From Acidobacteriota bacterium (GTDB lineage Bacteria; Acidobacteriota; UBA6911): a DNA stretch of 64,000 nt. Where the stretch lies: contig OY761556.1 in the NCBI GenBank assembly GCA_963664705.1, positions 6,720,001 to 6,784,000 of the forward strand, written 5' to 3'. The notes beneath the pieces are model-generated. The model searched no databases and was not told where the DNA came from. It saw only the letters and a program-made list of their open reading frames with translations. A program made the position numbers and the translations under genes. Each line of letters opens with the position of its first letter. Within the stretch, counting starts at the first letter, position 1. Below are positions 59,048 to 64,000 of the stretch, in pieces.

Positions 59048-60052
59048 CTAAGTCAGGGCGCGGAAACGAACGATCGAATCGGTCGCCTCGCGCTCGACTT
59101 TTCCCTTGGTCTCGAGCACCTCAAGATTCCCAAGCGCTTCGGACATCATAAGGATCATTTCGAAGCCTTCGCCTCCCAGGAAGAGTTCGCGCATTACCTC
59201 ATAGACGCTCAGGGTCCTGTCGCCAAGAATATCCAGCACCCTTGCCTGGCGACGCACATAAAATGCGTGCAGGGAATCGATGACCTTGAGATGGTGGTTG
59301 AATGGCTCGGCATGTCCCGGGATAACAAGATGAATCGGCAAAGCCCGGATGCGCTCGATGGATTCGAGATAGGTAATAAGAGGTTGGAAGGAGGGAACGG
59401 TCCCGTCGGCCTGGAAATCTATGGTCGGATTGGGGGAGACCCGTTCCAGGAAATGGTCGCCTGAAAAAAGTATCTGGTGGTTGCGCTCATACAAGCAGCA
59501 AAGGCCGCGTGTATGGCCTGGAGTGTGAATTACTTCGAGGTTTACGTGCTTGCATTCAAAGCGCGCGCCGGGCAAGAGCGGAATCACCCTGGCAAGCCTG
59601 CGACCGAGCGAGGGCCTGCGGTTGAGGTTTTCAACCGCGTCCTCCAGTACCTTGGAAGGCATGCCAAGCCATTGCAGGTACCGGCTGTTTTTCCGGAGCA
59701 GCGTGGACCAGTCCGGGCCCGACTGAAGGACTCTGCTTGCATCCGCTTCATGCACGGCTATTGGAATCTCTTTTCCTATCTGCTCCAAAACCCATGCGGC
59801 AGCCCCGAAATGATCGATATGCCCGTGGGACAGAACAATCCGGTTTATCTCCTGCAAGCGGTGCCCCGTGCTGGCAAATCCCTCGGCCAGAGCGCTCTGG
59901 GCCAACTCCGTTCCCAGGCCCGGGTCGAAGAGCAAGACTCCGTCTTTTTCCTCAATAATGCAGGCGTTGACCGGTCCCCCTGCCTGTGCAAACGGGATGG
60001 GAATGGGGATGCGGAAAATGCCCAGTTCGTTTAGTTCTCGTTCGTTCAGCAT
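59048..60052 (-). CDS. MBL-fold metallo-hydrolase
   Basis: SHGHIDHFG, HTPGHT, FSGDH and IPGH motifs. Confidence 0.9.
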   Translation of the reverse strand: MLNERELNELGIFRIPIPIPFAQAGGPVNACIIEEKDGVLLFDPGLGTELAQSALAEGFASTGHRLQEINRIVLSHGHIDHFGAAAWVLEQIGKEIPIAVHEADASRVLQSGPDWSTLLRKNSRYLQWLGMPSKVLEDAVENLNRRPSLGRRLARVIPLLPGARFECKHVNLEVIHTPGHTRGLCCLYERNHQILFSGDHFLERVSPNPTIDFQADGTVPSFQPLITYLESIERIRALPIHLVIPGHAEPFNHHLKVIDSLHAFYVRRQARVLDILGDRTLSVYEVMRELFLGGEGFEMILMMSEALGNLEVLETKGKVEREATDSIVRFRALT

Positions 60053-60092
60053 TCTTTTATAGCCGGGAAATTGAGCGGTTTGATTTTTCAGC

Positions 60093-60434
60093 CTACTGCA
60101 GGAAGCTGTCCATCGCTTTCTTTTCGTCGTCGTGGGCTTCAAAAACAGTTAGCAGTTTAGTAATCATAAGCAGTTCGCGGATTCGAGCGGTCAGGTGCAG
60201 CAGCTTCATCTTTCCACCAGCATTGGCTACCGAAGTGTATGCGCTCAGGAGCGCGCCAACTCCCGAACTGTCAATATAGTCTATCTCCTCAAAATTGAGA
60301 ATGATCTTTTTGGTGCCGGCCTCCAGGGCATCCAATACGGCTTTGCGAATCGCGGTCGTTCCTTCGCCCAGCTTGATCTTGCCGTTGCAGTCCAGAATTC
60401 TGATGTCCCCGATAATGCGCATCTCAATAACCAT
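60093..60434 (-). CDS. STAS-domain anti-sigma factor antagonist
   Basis: IDYIDSSGVGALL and LLMITKLLTVF motifs. Confidence 0.93.
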   Translation of the reverse strand: MVIEMRIIGDIRILDCNGKIKLGEGTTAIRKAVLDALEAGTKKIILNFEEIDYIDSSGVGALLSAYTSVANAGGKMKLLHLTARIRELLMITKLLTVFEAHDDEKKAMDSFLQ

Positions 60435-60436
60435 TC

Positions 60437-61207
60437 TTAACCTGCCTCTCCCAGCACTGCCGCTCCGAGTGCACCGGTAATCCAGGGCTCCTCCGGAACG
60501 AGCACCTTCGACTCCAATTCTGCTTCAAGGGTTTGCACCAGGCCAAAATCCTTGGCGCCCCCACCGGTGACGGCGCAATCCGGTACCAGTCCCAACCGTA
60601 TGGTCAGATTCACGATTTTGGCGGACATGGCCTTATGAACGCCGGCCAGGATGTCCGCGGGGCTTGCCCCTTCGGCGATGCGCGATACCGCTTCGGATTC
60701 GGCGAATACCGCACAGCCGGTAGTAAACTGCACCGGATTGGTCGATTGCAGCGACAGGTCTCCGATATCTTCAACTTTCATATGGAGTATTCGCGCAATG
60801 ACCTGCAGGAACTTCCCGCTTCCGCCGGCGCACTTTTCATTCTGCACGAAATTGGCCGGCCGCCCTTCGCTGTCCAGGCGGATGACGCGGCAGAACTGGC
60901 TGCCGATATCGATTACGGTTCGTGCGGAGGGGAAGAAATGCCGAACGCCGGCTGCATGGCAGGAGATGTCCGCAACCGTCCGGTCTGCAAAACCAATGGT
61001 GCCCGCTCCATATCCGGTCGCAATTGTGGCGGAAATATCCGACCGGGAGATCGAGGCCTTTGCGATGGCTTCATCGGATACCCTCCGTGCGGAGTCCGAA
61101 TAACTGCCTCCCGAGGGGCTGGTGGCATAGGCAATGAGCGTTCCGTCCCGCACCACTACAGCCTTCGCAAAGCTCGAGCCCACGTCAATTCCCAGAACAT
61201 GCTTCAT
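60437..61207 (-). CDS. ASKHA ATPase activase (BcrAD/BadFG/HgdC family)
   Basis: GIDVGS, ATGYG, IDIGSQ, NEKCAGGSG and CAVFAESE motifs. Confidence 0.9.
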   Translation of the reverse strand: MKHVLGIDVGSSFAKAVVVRDGTLIAYATSPSGGSYSDSARRVSDEAIAKASISRSDISATIATGYGAGTIGFADRTVADISCHAAGVRHFFPSARTVIDIGSQFCRVIRLDSEGRPANFVQNEKCAGGSGKFLQVIARILHMKVEDIGDLSLQSTNPVQFTTGCAVFAESEAVSRIAEGASPADILAGVHKAMSAKIVNLTIRLGLVPDCAVTGGGAKDFGLVQTLEAELESKVLVPEEPWITGALGAAVLGEAG

Positions 61208-61233
61208 TCAACCGACTCCCTGCACGCAAGGCA

Positions 61234-62082
61234 TTATGAGAAAAAGGTCGCCTCTCCCAATTCTCTTGGCTTCCGTGCAATCTCTTTCCCTGCTTTGGCG
61301 GCATTCTCGAATAGTTCCTGTCCGATCAATGCGGCCCCAAGCGCGCCGGTAATCAAGGGCTCTTTCGGAACAAGGACGGGGCTGCCGAACCTGGATTCGA
61401 GGGCTTTCACCAGACCGGCATTCTTGGCGCCGCCGCCGGTGATGGCAATGTCAGGCTTGATCTTCAGCTTGTTAACAAGGCCGTAGACGCGTCCGGCAAT
61501 GGCCTGGTGAATCCCCGCCACGAGATTGGCAACGGATTCTCCCGCGGCGAGCTGCGAAATAACCTCCTGCTCGGCAAAAACCGTGCACATATTACCAATC
61601 ACCGCGGGCTTTGCCGCGCTGAGCGATAGCTCGCCCAATTTATCCAGAGGAACTCCGAGTGCATCCGCGACGATTTCCAGGAAACGGCCGGTTCCGGCGG
61701 CGCACTTGTCATTCATGACAAAATCCACTACTTTGCCGTTCTCGATGCGAATGCCCTTGCTGTCCTGCCCGCCGATGTCGACGATGGTGCGCGCGGTTGG
61801 GAGGATGCTGGCCAGCCCTTTGGCATGGCAGGTGATTTCCGTGACCTGCTTGTCCGCAAATGGTACGTTGATCCTGCCGTAACCCGTCGCGACGATATAG
61901 GCTATATCCTCGAATTCAATGCCCGCCTGCATAATGGCCTGTTCTATTACGCGATTGGCCAGCTTGCGATGCTCGGGCCCGGTCGGTCCGATCAGGCTAT
62001 ATTCATTGCCTTCGCCGACAATGGCTACCTTGGTCATCGTCGAACCGATGTCCACGCCGGCAAAATAGTTGCGATTATTCAT
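61234..62082 (-). CDS. ASKHA ATPase activase (BcrAD/BadFG/HgdC family)
   Basis: GVDIGSTMTK, ATGYGR, DIGGQDSK, MNDKCAAGTGRF and CTVFAEQE motifs. Confidence 0.93.
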   Translation of the reverse strand: MNNRNYFAGVDIGSTMTKVAIVGEGNEYSLIGPTGPEHRKLANRVIEQAIMQAGIEFEDIAYIVATGYGRINVPFADKQVTEITCHAKGLASILPTARTIVDIGGQDSKGIRIENGKVVDFVMNDKCAAGTGRFLEIVADALGVPLDKLGELSLSAAKPAVIGNMCTVFAEQEVISQLAAGESVANLVAGIHQAIAGRVYGLVNKLKIKPDIAITGGGAKNAGLVKALESRFGSPVLVPKEPLITGALGAALIGQELFENAAKAGKEIARKPRELGEATFFS

Positions 62083-62153
62083 AGTCAGATTTGAAGCAAT
62101 CCCCGGTATCCGATTGCGGGCTGAGCTTCAGTCCGCAATCAGATACCTCCAGG

Positions 62154-63473
62154 CTATTTCTTTCTTGCGGCCAGTGTCTCGATGAACGCATCAATGCGGT
62201 TATGCGTGTCGACCTCGTTATAGGAGCTGATATCGACGATATCCCCCTCCATGATGAGCGTGGGGACATCTCCGTAAACTTTGTTTAACACCTGCGCCTG
62301 CTGTGCGATTCCTGCATGCCAGCTGCGGCAGGAGAATGCGGAATGGAATACGACGCCGTCGCATTGGTAGTCTTCCATATATTCAATGATCCGCTCGACC
62401 TTGGGCAATGAGCCGGCGCGTTTGCGCGCTCTGTCGTACCAGCGGGTCCACAGCCGCACCCACCTCCAGGCAATGTGTTCCAGCGGGTCGCTGGTTTTGG
62501 GCAAATCCAGCCTCTCGATTTTTTCGGCGTTGCGATAGGTTACCTCGGCCGGAAAAACCGCGCCTTTGTCATTGAAGTACTGAAAATCGCCCAATGCGAA
62601 CCACGAGGGCAAGCCTGCGCCCCATACGAGGCGGTATTTTTCATTTTCGGCCACGCCTTTTTTCTCCGCGACTTTCTGCAGGAGTTCCGCATAGAGTTCC
62701 TTGTAAAAATCGTGGGCTTCCTGCGTGCCGAGGTTGAAGGTCAGCGGCACCATGGTGTTCATGGCATCGCCCGTGTCCATGGGCGTGGGAACGGCCTTGC
62801 GCAATTCGTAGCAATCGATAAACAGATCCCACGTGCGGTCCGTAAGCTCGACCAGTGCCGCCAGCCTGTCCCAGTCCATTTTCCTGCCGGTGTGTTTTTC
62901 GCAAAAATGCACCAGGTCCCGGAGTTGCGAGGTCGCATATTTGACGTAAAGCTGCTCCTGGTCCCGGTGATCGCTGGTAGGGTCATAGGGCGGATAATAC
63001 ATCGTTCCCATCCAGACCGGGACATCCTGCATATAATGCTGCGTAGCCTGGGGCCACTTGATCCTGGGATCGCACAACTGCTGGGCGCTGCCGATCATCA
63101 TGTCAGGCCTGCCCATCCCGCCCCACGGAGTGTCCGGGGGAATCTGTCCCAACTCCTCGCGCAGGATATCGAAGCCGATGGTGCAGGTTGCATAGGTGCA
63201 AAGGGATCTGGAAAAGTTTTCCGCCTCGGCCTTCTGGAGGAATTTCTCCGCATCGCGTTTGGCGGAACAGACACCGGCAAAGTTCTCTCCCCATGCGGGA
63301 ACTATATCCATTGCCCGGATGATCTCATCCTGCGCGTTGTTGATATACATGTAGGCGACTTTCTTGCCTTCCTCTTTTGCCTTCAATGAAGCGGCCAGGT
63401 TTGCCCGGCCGAACTTTCCGGCCTTGCCCGCCGACTGTGTCGCCAGTGCTCTTGGTTTCCTGATTTCAGCCAT
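62154..63473 (-). CDS. 2-hydroxyacyl-CoA dehydratase / benzoyl-CoA reductase B-type subunit
   Basis: ENFAGVC, SRSLCTY, LCDPR, DGVVFHSAFSCR and RIDAFIETL motifs. Confidence 0.88.
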   Translation of the reverse strand: MAEIRKPRALATQSAGKAGKFGRANLAASLKAKEEGKKVAYMYINNAQDEIIRAMDIVPAWGENFAGVCSAKRDAEKFLQKAEAENFSRSLCTYATCTIGFDILREELGQIPPDTPWGGMGRPDMMIGSAQQLCDPRIKWPQATQHYMQDVPVWMGTMYYPPYDPTSDHRDQEQLYVKYATSQLRDLVHFCEKHTGRKMDWDRLAALVELTDRTWDLFIDCYELRKAVPTPMDTGDAMNTMVPLTFNLGTQEAHDFYKELYAELLQKVAEKKGVAENEKYRLVWGAGLPSWFALGDFQYFNDKGAVFPAEVTYRNAEKIERLDLPKTSDPLEHIAWRWVRLWTRWYDRARKRAGSLPKVERIIEYMEDYQCDGVVFHSAFSCRSWHAGIAQQAQVLNKVYGDVPTLIMEGDIVDISSYNEVDTHNRIDAFIETLAARKK

Positions 63474-63485
63474 ATGTCTCCCCTG

Positions 63486-64000
63486 TTATGCAATCATTTC
63501 CAGGAATGCTTCAATTCTGGTCTTCACCCGGCCGAGGCTGGATGTACTGTATTCGTCCTCGATGTACAGCACCGGCGTTCCAACGGATTCGATGAAACTC
63601 TTCATCGCGGGAACTTCAAACCCGTAGGGGTCGCAATATTTATAAATGAACAGAATCGCTCCGGTGACGTTGAATTCCTTGATGTACTGCCGCATGTGAC
63701 CGAAGCGGGCTTCGAGGTTTTCGGCGTAGTTGTTTCCATCTGCAACAAAAGTCGTGGGGAATTTCAGCTTCTTCAGGTAACGCTCCGAGATCCCTTGTAC
63801 GGGATCCGGGGTGACATCCACGTCGCCCCAGTACATTTTGCTTCCAATGGAGAGATCATCCATGACCAGGTATGCATCGGCGCCTTCAATGGCATTGACA
63901 ATGGCCACGTCATCGATTTGATCGCCTACCAGCATGATTCTTGCGGATCTTCCGTCCTGCTTTGCCGGACGTTGACTTACTTCCGCGATGACACTTCGGA
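63486..64000 (-). CDS. 2-hydroxyacyl-CoA dehydratase / benzoyl-CoA reductase C-type subunit (5' part beyond window)
   Basis: GAILFIYKYCDPYGFEVP and RVKTRIEAFLEMI motifs. Confidence 0.85.
   Translation of the reverse strand, partial: RSVIAEVSQRPAKQDGRSARIMLVGDQIDDVAIVNAIEGADAYLVMDDLSIGSKMYWGDVDVTPDPVQGISERYLKKLKFPTTFVADGNNYAENLEARFGHMRQYIKEFNVTGAILFIYKYCDPYGFEVPAMKSFIESVGTPVLYIEDEYSTSSLGRVKTRIEAFLEMIA

Noticed and set aside
1-64000. Alternative genetic code (UGA = Trp or Gly)
   Set aside because: TGA is a normal stop elsewhere (ATGA couplings at 13149-13152 and 14144-14147; ends at 20910 and 22905), and long genes contain no other in-frame TGA.
1-64000. selA/selB/selC/selD, tRNA or rRNA genes, Moco/Wco riboswitch
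   Set aside because: None recognisable by eye; a covariance-model scan would be needed to exclude them.

Overview
Bacterial chromosomal window, probably from an anaerobic Acidobacteriota-like Gram-negative organism (inferred from Oar-type TonB receptors, AOR-family enzymes and radical dehydratase genes). Positions 1-4.3 kb are a lower-GC strip of orphan secreted/membrane genes, one interrupted by an intact IS3-family element. Positions 5-11 kb hold two DUF169 paralogues, an acyl-CoA dehydrogenase and small redox proteins. Positions 11.6-20.9 kb are a sigma-54-driven ATP-grasp/alpha-E/transglutaminase operon. The main finding lies at 36.5-54.5 kb: four genes that the ORF track splits in two are each read through an in-frame TGA. 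Each TGA sits in a redox motif (USSC, USTC, UGSC, SUAC) and is followed by a SECIS-like hairpin. They are best read as three paralogous, signal-peptide-bearing UGSC-type selenoproteins of about 560-590 aa, with GrdB/PrdB-like motif spacing, plus a Sec-containing DUF1573 protein next to a tetraheme cytochrome. The same locus carries paired partner proteins, an AOR-family oxidoreductase, a TonB-dependent receptor, a rhodanese and an IclR regulator, and a shared 17-bp operator-like motif links three of its promoters. The window ends in a GAPOR-like gene and a benzoyl-CoA-reductase/2-hydroxyacyl-CoA-dehydratase-like cluster. No rRNA, tRNA, CRISPR or sel machinery genes were recognised. Family names come from motif recognition, not database searches.
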